Notes: generated from the sequence alone by a model not told the origin. A stretch of 62,880 nucleotides of DNA, filler included, from Asterionella formosa (GCA_002256025.1; 9 parts of 9 records of this genome joined end to end with filler, not necessarily neighbours in it), one strand, 5' to 3'. Counted from the whole stretch's first letter, positions 21,237 through 35,543 are shown. A program made the numbers and translations.

Positions 21237-24200
21237 CTTGCTTCGCTATGCTGCTGGTTCGGTAGATGAAGTCTCTTTCAATGGCTCGCGCTTCGATTAT
21301 GCTCTCCGTCCCTTTCCGTGGTAGAGGACTTTGGGATGCTGATACTTGGATGATTTTTATGTAGGTGCTGTCAAACGATTCGCTTCTTGCAGCGGCTCCG
21401 AGTTTGTTACCCGGTATAGGCGTATGCAAATAATGGTAAAGTGTTGCGATTCTCCCAAAAACCACCTAAGCTTCATGTTTGGAGCAGACAGATCGATGTA
21501 TGAGTTTTGCATAAGATCGGAATTTGGTTCTTCTTGCCTGTGCAACCTGAACAGCAACGAACGATCACACACTTCTTATATGCTGTATATACCGGTCATT
21601 TAAACGAGTACAGCAGGAACTGATGCAGTCCGACGGCTGGAGCCCCACACTGTACAAGCGAAGTTGGAAGTATTCTCTTGAATTGTGTAGAGCAAGGGTA
21701 CCTGCAAGATGCGGTCATTTTGCTTAAATAGACATTTTCATCTACCGGCACTATAAAGGAATCTAAATCCTTAGTTTTTACCAAAATTACCGCGACTTGC
21801 TGGTAGCTGGGAAGTACGGGAAACTCCGGACTTCCGCGCTATGTAGGTCGAAAATTCCTTCTGTATGTCGTGCACAGACCTCGCGGTTTATTTTCCAAAC
21901 ATCATGAGAAATTCCGGTCGCGCGTCCTTCTGTGACGTTCGAGTTGGTACTGTATAATTAAATGTCCTGACCCCCCCCCGGTAGCTAAATTTTTTTTACT
22001 AGCTGGTAACGTGCTATATTTCTGTTGGTCCTCGTAGTCACTGGTAAATAATTTTTTAGCTACGATGTTGTGTTTCCTTTGTACATATCGGTACCGTAAG
22101 GTTGGAACCTCGCAGTTACACATCGCGAGGTCTCCTTTTTCCAAAATAATTATATGATGTACATAGGGCCACCGTGTAGACCCTGTAGGCCTAGTATTAG
22201 CATAACCCCTAAACCTACGGTATTTAATATTTTGGGCCAGGATTGGCATGCTATAATCACATCCACCATGTTGTTATTATTCTGTTGCTTTACTCAACAA
22301 TAGAACATCCTCCCATGCCGCTTCAAATAGCTTTCTTTCCTCCATGAGTAGCGCTAGTACTATTAAACACCAGAAGCGGCACAGGACAACACATTTTGCT
22401 TTTTATATGAACTATTTTTTGTTGGGCATTGAGATCCACGCCTAAATGAGGACCAATGGTTTCACACTCTTAAGCTTGATAGTGGGCAAGCTGAAGTTAA
22501 TAATGTACAGGAATGTCTCAAATAAGATCATGTAGAAGTTGCAATGAAGATACAACAACAATTTCACACCCATTGCTGCTGCGCAATGGACTTCGATTTC
22601 ATGTTTGTCATGAATGAATGCAATGACAACAACAAAGAGATCACGGATGCATGTGTACATAAACTTTATACATATGTATGTTATTTATATAGAACATTTT
22701 ACTTAAGCTAAAATTATATTGTACTGGAAGCCAGAATTATTTTGTTCTGGTAGCGATGGCTACCCAATGTAGTTTCATGATGCATCCAGCCATGATAAGT
22801 ACAACTTAATAAAATATTAGCACTCTTGGTCTTATGGTATCGTATCTAGACAGCGTAAAATATTATATGTAGTGGCTGATGATTCATTTCATTGTAGCAA
22901 CACCTGATTTTAAGATCATCAAACTTAAGACAACGACAAGAACAACAGTTATCTAGTAGTACGATGTTTTCAAAAAACCATAAAGAGGTTCATGGAAACA
23001 AGCGACATGTGGCAAATACTGCCGGTATGGAACCAAGATGCAAGTACCAAAATGAGTTAACAAAGAAAAAGCGAATAGGCAATTATCCAAAGCAACCCAA
23101 TCTGCGACAGGGAGTTAGTGGGGGTACTACCCCATCATCGATGGGGACACCATCAGCTACTAGTACAAAGGATCCCGTAATTGATACTGAAAGCGATGAT
23201 GACGTTTCTTCTTCAGTTATTGCCACAAGAAAAATGGCTCCCGTCGATGATACCATTACTAACTCCTGGATGCAGATGGACGACATGGTACCATATCATA
23301 CATTTACTAATTGCATGGACCAACAAGTACATGACAAACTGAGGAAAAAACATTTTGCACTTGCCAAAGGATATTATCAATTGGTCAATGAATTCAATCA
23401 CTACAATGGTCGTAATTCGGGTCAAAACCCTATCCTTACAAGGTTATCAAGAATCTTCTTTTTCAGCGGGCAGCCTTATCAGAACGTCGTTCCCGCTTAG
23501 CTAAAATTGAACCGATCCATCAATTGTAACAAAGGTTGTGAGTTTTATTTTCAAAACCAAGAAGTTTTGCTGTGAGCATGTACGTTTGATGTTATAATTC
23601 GTGAATTGCAGGTACTGGCTATAAAACAGAATATTAATCAAGTATGCTTTTTTCTGGTCCCAAAAGAGATAGCCGGCAGCTATACTGGTATGTACATATG
23701 AAATAAGGTTCACCAGTATACCGGTAGTAGGTATGTTTGTCTACCGGTATATAGTTTTAGCAGTCGAATATGAATTTAGGACTTCTACCAGTAGTTTAAG
23801 CAAAATATTGCTTAAACTACCGGTAGTTTTGCTTAAAGTAGAGCCCATTTGCTTAAACTAAAATAGTCCTTCAGTACTTTAACCGGAAATGACGATTTGT
23901 CAAATCTGTTTTTTCTGAATTATCTGATCATATCGAATTTTGCATAGTCTTTGTTTATTTCGGCCGGCGGTGCCAGCCGTAATAAGTTTCGAACTTTGAT
24001 TTCTCAATGGCTGCCGAGTCGGGACGCATCTGTCAGGTTGGGGAATGACACGAAAAATCAAAATTACAGCAACTTGCAGGTTGTCGCAACCTTGACCATG
24101 ATGAAAATACGAATTATCTCCGCGAAAATTAAGAACAACGCTTTGCTACTTGCTACATATATTAAGGTTGCAGCCCCGCAGTTACACATCGCAAGGCATG

Positions 24201-27200
24201 TTTTTTTCAAAAATAATTGTATGATATACTTCAATCTACACACTAGGTACAACTAAATAAAATAGTTAAAGGAAAAATAAGCTTTCACCAATATGACCAC
24301 TTTGCATATGCTTAGATTCAGTCATTGCTCGACTTAGGATTATGATCTATATTCAGAAATGTTAAGGACCTCATTTCTGGAGAGAAGTGGAAGTTATCCC
24401 CCTAGGAATCGTAGCTAACTATCCAAAAAAAGGTGCTACGAAGCTTTTCCAACACGCAAATTTTATTGCTGCATCATCAGCATCAGGCAACAAAATCAAA
24501 AATCCCACCATTTCTACTCCACCCCATCCAATCTTCTGTTAGAGTTTTGATACTACAAAATATCTGTTTGGAAGATAGAGCTTTGGTGGAGGCGTGCTTG
24601 TCAGAAAAGCAAAGAATGTAGAGGAGAATTGAAGCCCATTGCGGCTAGTGTCAGAGTTATCACAAACCTCGGCGCTTCTTTGTTGATTGTGAAATGTCAT
24701 TACTGGAATGTCCTTTAACGATATGCATATCTTCTTTCATAAATCTCTTGAAGTAGGCACAGTTTGCCATTTCGTGCAACATGAAGACATACAGAAGGCA
24801 TGAAGAGGAAATGATCTCCTTGGCAATGGAGACTTCAGTGTATCTTTGATCCATCATCATGTTTGGAGGCAGACTGGAGTGGCGATTCGGGATTGCTTTA
24901 TGGGAATGAGGTTGTAAGATGCAGGAAGATACACTTGAAAGTAAATTTGACTGCTGTCCCATGAGGTGTCCAGCCAGCCATATCCAACAATCTTCTGATG
25001 TCACCACCATTCGTCGTTAGGAAGACAAACTATTCACTCTATATGTTCGTATAAATTGAATTAATAAATATAGACTTTAAAGTGTTATCAATGCATCTAC
25101 TCCTCTTTGATTCAAAACAGTAGCTATATTGTTTGTTATCATTCTTAGCAAGAGCAACCATGATGGACCTATCAATTTGTTGCAACAAACCGGCACGCAA
25201 GTCACCATGATGGTACCACCAACTTCGGCAGTTTCCCATGAAAGGAGGGCGGTCGTGAAATAATAAAAGAATCGACAATAGAGAAAAGTGAAGAAATGAA
25301 AATAAAAAATTCCTTAAATAACCATTGGCCTACATGGCTGACGATCCCGTAGAAGATATACTGGGGCAAACTTTCCATCTGTCACAATGACTGCTCCATG
25401 TGGGATGTCTGAAATGATTTCGCTGATGTGTGACACGATTTGAATGTGCCTAAAAGAATAATTGTAAAAAAATTTATCTTAAATTCTCGTTAATTAAACC
25501 GTTTTACACCAATATTCTTATCAATTACTTTTTTTGAACCAAAACATATCGCTCAAATTGATTTGGTGAACGTCGATTTCATGGGTCTGCGCCAGCCAAG
25601 CATTATTGATTTGACCGTTAGCGCTCCAGCTTATTTCTGTTTGGGTTTAAATTGCGATTTTATGATTTACATAGACGAGAACATAAACTCTGTTTTTGTA
25701 ATTAAATATTTAGCATTTAAATAAATTAATCGAAACCAATTTAACACATACTTATACATAATTGTATACATCAGGCAATGCTAATGCGTTGATTTTGCTA
25801 GTATTTTTTATTTATCATCATCATCATGCAATTATTTGTTCACGATTGAACTTGTGTAGTAATGTATACCCAGTCAAGAATTTGTGGGAAAGTGATGCAA
25901 ACACATGAGTATCACCATTATAAAAGGATGTGAGCGCACGGTTTCATATACGTTGTATGGTTGTTTTATCTACTATCTACACACTGTCCCGCCAAATATT
26001 TGATGGTTCCACACATTAAGACAAGCAGACCTTTTTGGAGGTTCTATAAACCATAATCCAACACAAGTTGTCGTTCTTCTGGTGATAGATCCTTTTTCAT
26101 ATGCTTATTGAGAAGATGCGGTGGCAAGAAAAAAGGGGGATCAGTCATCTAAATTTTGCTTGAGATGTGCAAAGAAAGTGGAAGTCGAAAAAGGCAAAAA
26201 AGAAATTTTCAGATATAGTTTCCAATTTTAAGCAATCTTTCTATATAAGTTGTATGCATGGATCCGTAGCTTAGTAGAGCAAGCCACATCATTAGGCAGG
26301 ACCAATTGAGCCGGAGAAAATTGTAGAAGTCAAAATGGCCCTGGATAAATTTGAATTATTGATGAAACTATTTTTGAACAGAGGGAGTACCTGGTAACCA
26401 GTTTTCTAGCAGGGTACGTGGTACTATGATTAAAACATCAACGAGATCATGCCTGAGGGTTATCCATAGTTTTGTCTCTTCAGGGGTTGGCCTATATTTA
26501 ATTCACTTATTGCAACAAGTTAAGTACTCTTTAACTCCTCACAATATCATCCATACGTTGGGGCCTTTTTTACTTCCTTTTGTCCACCTACTAGCCTTAG
26601 TAATCTTAAACCGTAACTGTTGACATGGACCCCACCTTCTTGTTGCCTGTCTAACTCTGTCAGGTTGATATGCAACCCAAACAGGCAGAGAGCAGTAGAA
26701 ATAAGGGGCAAAAGTCCAACCACTTTTCTCCCAAGTCAAAACCTTGATCACATATGATCTTGACCAAAACAAGGTCAAACAAGCATCTTTTGTCACTTGA
26801 TAAGAATTCAATTGGCAAGGTAGTAGTAGCTGGTTTTACATTTCCTGTGGGCTAGGGGGGGGGGACTTTACTTCTCAATACCAATGAAGATCAGGCAAGT
26901 AAAGCCTGATCAAGTGCTTTTTCGCCTACCTTTGTAGTGATGGAGGTTCAACAATTAACAATTTGTCTTGAAGGAAACTCTTCAGAACCACAAGTTATGA
27001 GGAATATACTTACTGGATTGCCTTGGGTACAATCCATACCTAAGTACAGTTGGTCTGCTGATGCTCTCCAGCCAACCATTTCTTTTCAAGTTCCCCAGAA
27101 GTCATAAACATTTTCCAACCTTCTTAGCTGTTCAGCATGCAAGCAGGAGGCTTGATTAGTTTTGCTGAATAGCCAGCTGCAGCTGAAGACAACGCATGGG

Positions 27201-27952
27201 CTGATGTGGAGTGTCAAGAATATTAGCCCGAGTCACAAGGATTGTGGACTCGATTCTAATTGAACAAGTCGAATATTACATTGCCACATCAATCAGCTGT
27301 CTAATGAGATCAAAGATTGAAGATTTCTATGGAAATGTTAAGTGGAAACTCGAAGAGAGTCTTAGAATGACTTTGTGGGAAGCAAAGATGCATGGAAAGG
27401 AAACATTTAGTTTAGCTTATTATCTAATTTGAATTTAGATTATCAACCAAGGAAACAGTGTGTTAATTGACAGGAAGGTCAATTACCAGTAGTCTATCTA
27501 GCAGGAAGGCTAGAAGCAGAGACGAGAGAGAAAGTAAGGGGTACTAGGTAGTGCTACGAGCACGTACGAGTCTACGTGAACAGAGACCCAGCCCGTGGGA
27601 AGGAGTACGGACCATTTCAACAGAGGAGTGCTTCTTGCACCAAAAATGCATTCTTACTGTACCCGGGTACCAGTCAAAAACTGCTTAAGACCACTATATT
27701 ACCCCGTTTTTGGACTAAAATTAGAAAAATGTTCAGCCGACGCCATTTAAAACCCTTTGAACAGAGGTCAACTAATGCATGCAAGCACTAGATAAATGAA
27801 TCATTTTAACAATTGGAAGGATATATCTTGCGATATCCAACTTTTTAAGTCGTTCATTTTGCATTTTAGTGGTCTTAAGCCATTCATATATTTTTCATCA
27901 TGTATATATACTTTTTAATGGTAAACGGTTAGAAAATATTACCTCGTTTTCC

Positions 27953-28052
27953 NNNNNNNNNNNNNNNNNNNNNNNNNNNNNNNNNNNNNNNNNNNNTTAA
28001 TTAATTAANNNNNNNNNNNNNNNNNNNNNNNNNNNNNNNNNNNNNNNNNNNN
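27953..28052. other. Artificial contig linker
   Basis: N44-TTAATTAATTAA-N44. Confidence 0.97.
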
Positions 28053-28444
28053 GTCAGGATCTAGATTACTCTAGGCCTCTTCCATAAGGGTCTGGTGGTC
28101 CATTGCTGCTGGAAAATAGCTTTCCGTACCCTCCGGGTGCGTTACTCCCGGTTGGTGCATGGATCCGTGCAGGTTTATTATGCTCCTGCAGCATCGCATT
28201 CGCCGTACGACTCCTGCTACTCTCATCACAACGTACGTATAGATGCAGTCCCTCCATATTGCTGCGTACCCGATAGACTTAAACCTGGAGGTAGTCCTAG
28301 TCTATCACACAAAGGGGGATTACTCCCCACGAGGTTTTGTGTGACCCCGTCCTTGATCAGGCAGTGAGTATATTACAGTAGTTGGAACCACTACTTTCAT
28401 CGCTTGCCCGTAGGAGCTACATGCCAATGTACTATGTGTACCTG

Positions 28445-29030
28445 ACACAAAATGTTGCATGATATCGGAATCACGTAGCAATCCTGCCATGAGCTGTACT
28501 GGTTCGAAATAATGGAGTGTGCGTGGGATGATCATATTTGAATTGTTATCAATCTTTATTTGTTTGCTCAACAGTTGACCACCAGCTAATGTTGGTGGAA
28601 ATGAAATATCCATGCGTTTTTTCAAAGTCTGGTAGGATGGAGCTTGATGATAGCTACCTTCCATCAAAATATTTCATTGCTTTTGCCTTGAACAGCCATT
28701 TTATTAGATGATCAAAGTAAACTGGTGGAAGGTAGGTAATTCTCGTTGAGGAATAACATGAGTTCTAATTCAATTGGAGGCATGTTCAGAGAATGTTTAC
28801 TTGGAAGTTGAAATTGAGGAGGAAGGGGCATTTCCATTGCATTTTCAGGGAGAAAGCCGGTGCGATCTTGAAAATCTGAATATTGCATGTTTTCTGAATT
28901 GAACCCTTGGAGAGTTTTAAGTCTCAATTGTTCGTCCTGTTGTGTCTGAATATTGTTATAAACTGAATCATCGCTGTTGTCATGAAATGGATGATTGTGG
29001 TCACTTGATTCAACAAGGATAGGACACATA
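28445..29030 (-). pseudogene. Plavaka-like transposase N-terminal remnant
   Basis: 28450-28795 closely matches 61200-61540, which continues into the Plavaka-like core. Translation gives PIELELMLFL..FDHLIKWLFKAKAMKYF..TLKKRM..LMAGLLRDSDIMQH. Confidence 0.55.
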
Positions 29031-29559
29031 ATCTCTTATTTGGTGCAACTCCATTTGAGGTTCTTCATCAATTACTACTTGGAATATTTAAGTTCGCACA
29101 TTTTGGAATCTTTGTACAATTGTTGGACTTTCCTTGAAGAATTCCAGATATTCCAGAGAACATCGTCTGCAAATAAGAAGTATTGTACATATAAGATCAG
29201 GGGTATGGAACGATAACTGGCACAGATTTTTTCTGTGCATGATACGCATTTTGTTATTTGTGTTACAGGTACATACTTTATATATGAATATTTGATAAGC
29301 ATGTTTATACTTGTAGTATTTGATCATATTGTTCTAATATTGATCCATATTGACTCATAACGGTAACCACAAAGTAATCATAGAAATACTGTAAATGAGT
29401 AACAACAATTTAAGTCGAAATCACTACTTCTCTTTGAATTTCAATCGCTCTTCTCATGACCATGAATTACTAATTGTATTTACAAGACCATCATCGATTT
29501 ACCTTAGCTATATCCTATATATGTATTTGTTCATCTTATAGCCATATTATTACCATCGT

Positions 29560-30760
29560 ATCTCTATGATGTATTTTTCCAAAACACGTGGAAACGGATT
29601 GTTATTTAACTACTAAGTTTAGAATTGTTTCAATCTATCTATATAAACAGTTATCTCACACCTTCTCATTTCTGTTCATTCTCTTGTTTGCTGCTTCCCT
29701 GCTACCCTGTTTCTAACACAACTGTAACTGCCCACTTTGTCCTTTCCCTTGTGCTTATCTGATTCCGAAGGATAAACTGATGTTGCTGATAGCGGCGGTT
29801 TGCCTCTCCTCATTCCCTTCTTATCCGTATCAGAGCTTTCCTTCATTATTAGTATTCATGTTAATGTTGTAACAACTGTGAAGCAAATACATGTTAGTCA
29901 TATTGTTTATTTGCAACAACATGCAGTTCCATTCTATTTTCACTTACCATCAATAGATGTATTCTGTCACACAGGTTTTCCCATCACAATGTGTCCAACG
30001 ATCCATTTCGATTGTTCACTGTATTAACTAGCTAATGGGAAGGAATTGTGTGTTAGGCTTGTCTTGTCTAGCTTTTAATACAACAGGCAGTTCCAATCAT
30101 GATGGTATGGTTATTTACCGCAACAATGATACAAATACATGTTAAGTTTCCATATTCCTCAATAAATCATTACAACATTGATGTTCAGAACTTCCATATA
30201 CTCTTTGTATACAATTTACCCTGATAGATATAAAAGGATGTGTTACTTATGTTCTTACGGGTGATTCTTGTGAGCATTGATCCAACGACAGCACTTACTG
30301 CGACCGTAATTTATTCACATTGAATTGGTCCCCAAAAGTATGCATATACAGGTAAGCAAATAAACACTTGAAGAGAATGCACGCATTGAGGCCTGAGTTA
30401 CTGTCAACCCAACAATTGAATATTCTGACATATTCATGTACACACGAGTCCCAATATTTTTTCCAACTACATATGTATTTATTTGCTTCTATGTTTGAAT
30501 ATTTCAAACACCCGTGTACCGGTACTGTCGTACACATAGATCTGAATATCATCAATATTACCGATTCTTAATTTGATTTTATCCAATGTTGTATGATTTC
30601 ATTTGTTTTGAATTAAGCCTGGAAAAATTTCAGTAAGTGATATTAGAATATATACAATGCTGTATGAGTTCATTATTTACCACGACCTAATATATAGTTT
30701 TAATTTAGGTTGTACGACAATCCGGTACGGAGTAGTAGTAGTTAATGATATAATTAAGCC
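29560..30760 (-). pseudogene. Diverged copy of the CGTCTG-element accessory ORF region
   Basis: Shares blocks with 4180-4540/45890-46240 (TTTAACTA, TGTTAG...TTCACTTACCA splice-donor context) and with 5370-5480 (TATACAATG...CCACGACCT...AATTAAGCCCC). Confidence 0.45.
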
Positions 30761-31231
30761 CCATCATTGATGTGACACATACGTAAAAAAGGGGTAGGGT
30801 TAGAATGCGAAGTATGAATATGTACTGCAGTTGTAAAAAATTTGGCGTAAAATGATCTTACGAATAGTTGTTGATGATCTTAACTATAGTGTTTGTGTTA
30901 TCGTGGTGTACAGTAATACATTTTAAAACACGCATTGTTGTAAATAGGGCCCTATTTCATCTACATCTGCTATCATGATCACAAGTAAGGACTGCTTGGA
31001 GTACGTAGTAACAAAGTACCGGTAGTTATGAACAACTGTTCACATCTTGTTGAAGGACATGATATGATGATGAACGCATCTGGAGGTATGATCTTTTTCC
31101 ACTTGTGTACATCTATATATATATATATAGGCACACCTTCTTTGTATCCACAAGTGTGTAAGTAGCTACAGGTATGATATTTGTCCATCGCAACGGTACT
31201 TGTAAGAGCATTTACATATGATCTCCCATTT

Positions 31232-31783
31232 CCCATGAGTTCTAATTCGATTGGATGCATGTATAGTAAATGGTTTTTTGGGAAGTTAAAATTGAAAAGG
31301 TCAAGGAATTTTCATAGATTCCTTGGAAATGAACCCACTTGTTCGATCTTGGTACTCAGGATAATGCATAGTATCATTATCCAACCCAATAATTTCTGAC
31401 AATTCTGTTTCTTCTTCACCTTGCCTTGATGTATTTGAAGTCAATGAGATACTTTCGTCATAGAATGGAAATAACAAATTCTGGTCATCTAATTGTGAAA
31501 GAGATTCTTCCGTATGCAAACTATCAAAAATAAGATTGTTGGGAAATGAGGAAGAGACACCTGACTTTCCTGTTTCATTGAAATCACTTGATAGTTTATC
31601 GCCAAAATACATAGTTTGATTGCAAATTCCAGAAATGCGGTGTTCTTCCAAGCAGTGATCGCACAAACCAAAATCATAAAATTGTCGATTGTTGCAGTTT
31701 CGATTGTGAAAGTCAGAGGAAGATTTGTTCTTCCGAAATTTATAGTTGCATACCGAGCACCAGTTAAAGGTTTGTAATGCCAT
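31232..31783 (-). pseudogene. Second, diverged Plavaka-like transposase N-terminus with Cys-rich start
   Basis: Has WCSVCNYKF...CDHC and YQDRTSGF...HPIELELM, which match MQYSDFQDRTGF...PPIELELM at 28760-28890. Confidence 0.45.
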
Positions 31784-31978
31784 TGTTTGGGCAAAAAGGC
31801 AAACTCAAAATAGAGTAGAGTAAGGGGATCGATTTGTGGGCAGCGGTATGAATAGAAATGAAATGTCGAAGTATCGCTTTTTCGTCAATAAATACCGAAT
31901 ACCGGTATATACGTGTATATTCGCTCAATAATGTATCATGCAGTACATAGTACAAAGCACTGCCTGCAACACTAAACT

Positions 31979-33750
31979 TTAAAATTTTAGGTTATCTCTA
32001 ATCTGCAATGCGTTTTCAAATGCAATGACAAAGAGTTCAAATTTCTCATTGATTGCAACATCAGTTGAGAGTTCAGATGATACTGACTCCCAATTGAAAG
32101 GGGAAATTTCAATTTTGGTATCACCATGGTGACGGTAGGCGTCAACTTCCTTTTCATTCAAGGAATTGCAAGGGGTTTTTCCAAATGTTTCATTCAACAT
32201 TTTCAAGTCCATAAAACAATTTTGCACAACTTTCTTTATGCAGAAGGCAACTACAGCTTTTTCCATTTGCACCTTCTCCTTCTTGGTAAGAGCCTTCAAT
32301 GATTTTTTAGACCAAACGGTTCCAAGGCCAAAAAATTATCAATCATCTTGACATGAGGTACTTTCGACGGAAATCCCACTTGATCTGATGATACTACCAT
32401 GCCATCCAACTGCTTCCAATTGCAGTTCTCAAGACGAAATTGAGCCCGACATATAAAAAATTTGGTTTCACCATTTCTTTCCAATTGAAGTAAACTTTCT
32501 AAAAATTTCACAACAATGTATCACCTTCTGGCTGGTATAATAGTGAGTCATGAGTAGTTGCCATAAAAACTTGCAATGGAGCTTTTGTAGAATGAAAGAA
32601 ACTCTCACTCTGAATGACCTGTTGTGGCTTCTTATAAGCATGGCTCGGAAGGTAGGCATCCCATGATGCCATTTCTTTTTCCCTTTTACATCCAGGGATG
32701 ATGCAATATTTGCGTTCAAGGTGAAACACTTGACCGAGATTTTCTTGGACTGTGACTGCTTCTGCTGGATCGCGGATTTGACATATCCCTTCCTTGAGAC
32801 CAAATATGTAATGAACAAAATGATTAATTTGACGAGATAATCTCTTGCAGTCGTACACTATAGTCACATAGGTACATTCAAAATACAACGGGTGACAATT
32901 GCCACTATAAGTGTCTCCACCACAATCCATTTGTGGATTGTCATCAACATCCACAATAACACTCACATTGGATGGATGGAGTTCATGAGTTTTTAATTGA
33001 ATGAGATTTTGAATGGTTTGAAAATACCAATATGCAATAGATTTAAACTCCTCAATTTCCTTTTTGAAATGTAGCAAGTTATAAGTCTTTGCAGCATAAG
33101 TACAGACTTCTTGGGGAGTTCAAGAATAAAGTTCTTCCCACCATCGCTCGAATTGTGGCTTCGTTTTGGGAATGTTCACGTACATGAAGATTCGAATGGG
33201 CGACATGAGTTGACATAATTGACATGCATTTTCCTCTATATATGAACTGCCCTTGGGATTATCCATGATGGAATTATTGACAGAATCTTTTTCAGCTTCA
33301 TATGATTCAATAAAAAATACCATTTCAATCATCTCGGTCATTGGGCATAACGAAGTGGGAAAGGTCCAACATAGTCTGGCTGATTATGGTATTTTGTTCT
33401 TCAACGACTTGATCTCTTCCACAATATCCTGAACAGAAGTTTGATTTTAGAAAACAAGTTGATCTTCAGTGGTAGCATGAACAAAGATTCCTTTATTGTC
33501 ATCTGGATGTTTCTCTTCATGACCAATCCTTGACAAATTATTATTGTTTATAATCTTTTCATTACTTGAAATTGTTGTTTGTCTTGGAAGGACAACAGAA
33601 TCTATCAGACCAGCACCTAAGTCATCATCATCTCCATCCATCAGGTAATCGGGGGTAGGGTTGTCAACATTTTCTGTATTAGAATTCTTAGCCTCTAAAT
33701 GTAGAGGTACCCTTGTCTCGTCACGGGACATATCGTGCATTATCATGAGA
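31979..33750 (-). pseudogene. Fragmented long ORF of unknown function, co-oriented upstream of the Plavaka-like N-terminus
   Basis: Chain of abutting minus-strand ORFs (33447-33746, 33120-33341, 32508-33077, 32296-32511, 31979-32299) broken by stops and frameshifts. Confidence 0.5.
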
Positions 33751-34262
33751 GATCGACTGGCTTCTTCTCGATTTGGTGAATGATCAATAAGAATAGCCCG
33801 CTGCTTTTCATTTGAAAAAATTGGTTCAAATGTTTTGAATTCGCTGTATTAAATGACCTCTCTCATAAGAAATGCATTGGGGCAAATATGGAATTAACAT
33901 ATGAACTTTTTTCTGGAGAATTTTAAACCTTCTCGAAATCATCAGATTTGGAAGGAAACAGACATGTGCTCTCAACCGATTCAATGAGTCATTTCAATTT
34001 CTTTCTCGATGTTAAAACGTCTTCGAGTGTAAACCCAAATAGACTATTCTCTTTGTCTTTCCGAATTTTCTTGTTGTTTTCCATGATATCAACTTTGATT
34101 GGTATTGATATGACGAGTGATGCAGTATGGTTACGCGAAATGATAAACAATGCAATGAAGCAAACGGAGTTCGATTACTATCAATGATGTGATAGGAAGG
34201 CAACAGCAGCGGCCACAGCAGCAGTATAATTGCATTTGCTTGAAGGGATGGTACCACGGTAC

Positions 34263-34502
34263 ATCAGTACAAGCTATTCTATGTTGGTATTTACCGCTAT
34301 GGCATTACATTCATCAAATTATATTTTGACGTAATGATAGAGATGATAATAACATCTTATTATTGTAAAATTATTTAGTAATATCAGTACAAGCTATTCT
34401 ATATTGGTATTTACCGCTATGGCATTACATTCATCAAATTATATTTTGACGTAATGATAGAGATGATAATAACATCTTATTATTGTAAAATTGTTTAGTA
34501 AT
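34263..34502. repeat. Tandem duplication, 2 x 120 bp
   Basis: ATCAGTACAAGCTATTC...TTTAGTAAT repeated with 2 substitutions. Confidence 0.95.
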
Positions 34503-34719
34503 ATATACTAGAAATATTAGCAAGAACATTTTATTATATATGCATTTATTTGATCTTATAAATGTGATCATACTATCATAGGTTGAGTTACGGATGATTG
34601 TGAGTATTTGATAATGAATTTTAAGTCAACTTACAGAGGTATGTGCGATAATAGCGATGTTTTTTATAATTACTCGTTGTGTATATCTCACGTTAGTCAT
34701 CACCTGAATAATATTGTTT

Positions 34720-34957
34720 ACTTACAGGTTGAATACACCATGGATACCGCTGTTACTGTAACGCGGGACATATATAAATGTATTGATGGACATGATGTTC
34801 CACATACATATCAGGGCCCAATTCCGGTTTCCTGTTTTACTTCTAAGGATATTTTAACATCAATTGATTTGATTCCGATGTCCCTTTTAGCGCCAAGATT
34901 GGTGGATAATATACCGATACATAAAATACTACGAGTATTATTCGATAGTGGAGGATC
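34720..34957 (+). mobile_element. Gypsy LTR retrotransposon protease fragment
   Basis: ILRVLFDSGG aspartic-protease motif. 34824-34957 closely matches ~57793-57927. Confidence 0.8.
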
Positions 34958-35057
34958 NNNNNNNNNNNNNNNNNNNNNNNNNNNNNNNNNNNNNNNNNNN
35001 NTTAATTAATTAANNNNNNNNNNNNNNNNNNNNNNNNNNNNNNNNNNNNNNNNNNNN
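34958..35057. other. Artificial contig linker
   Basis: N44-TTAATTAATTAA-N44. Confidence 0.97.
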
Positions 35058-35543
35058 AATTACGACATAGATAAAGTGAAGCAATCATGTTGCAACCGTA
35101 GGCATGACGAATGTCGATGTAACTGCCATCAGCCAACCATTGCAAACAAATGGCTACCATCACAGTTTCGGGAATTATGGGCTACTAAGAATTGCCACAT
35201 TTAGAATAATTCCCTGCAATATGAATTTTCAGCGTGGAAGTGAGTTTTTATAATGCTCTGTGTGACATTCTGTGCGTGTCTTCTCGAAAGCAGCAATCTC
35301 GAGATTGAGTTTCTCGACATTATGTGATTGCCAGGAGATTTTTTCGTGGTGCCACTTGTGCCTTCGTTGTCGTTGTCGTCGTCATTTGGATGAGTGATGC
35401 TGCCGTTTACAGAGTCGCCTTCATCGTTTGGAAGAGTGTTCTTGTTCCTCTACTTCCTTAGCGAAGTGAAAGAGGAAGAAGAAATCCAGATCACTGCTGT
35501 CATTATCGTTATCATCAAGTAAGAACTCAAAAGGCGACGGCAT
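35058..35543 (-). pseudogene. PIF/Harbinger transposase 5' remnant (HTH region)
   Basis: Across frameshifts: KISWQSH.VEKL..E.AFEKT.RMSHRAL, then PIIPETVMVAI.LQWLADGSYIDIRHAYG, typical of the N-terminus of DDE_Tnp_4-type transposases. Confidence 0.7.

Noticed and set aside
24640..27300. Possible SWIM-finger and LINE remnants on the minus strand
   Set aside because: Looks like decayed coding DNA, but no diagnostic motif could be recovered by eye.
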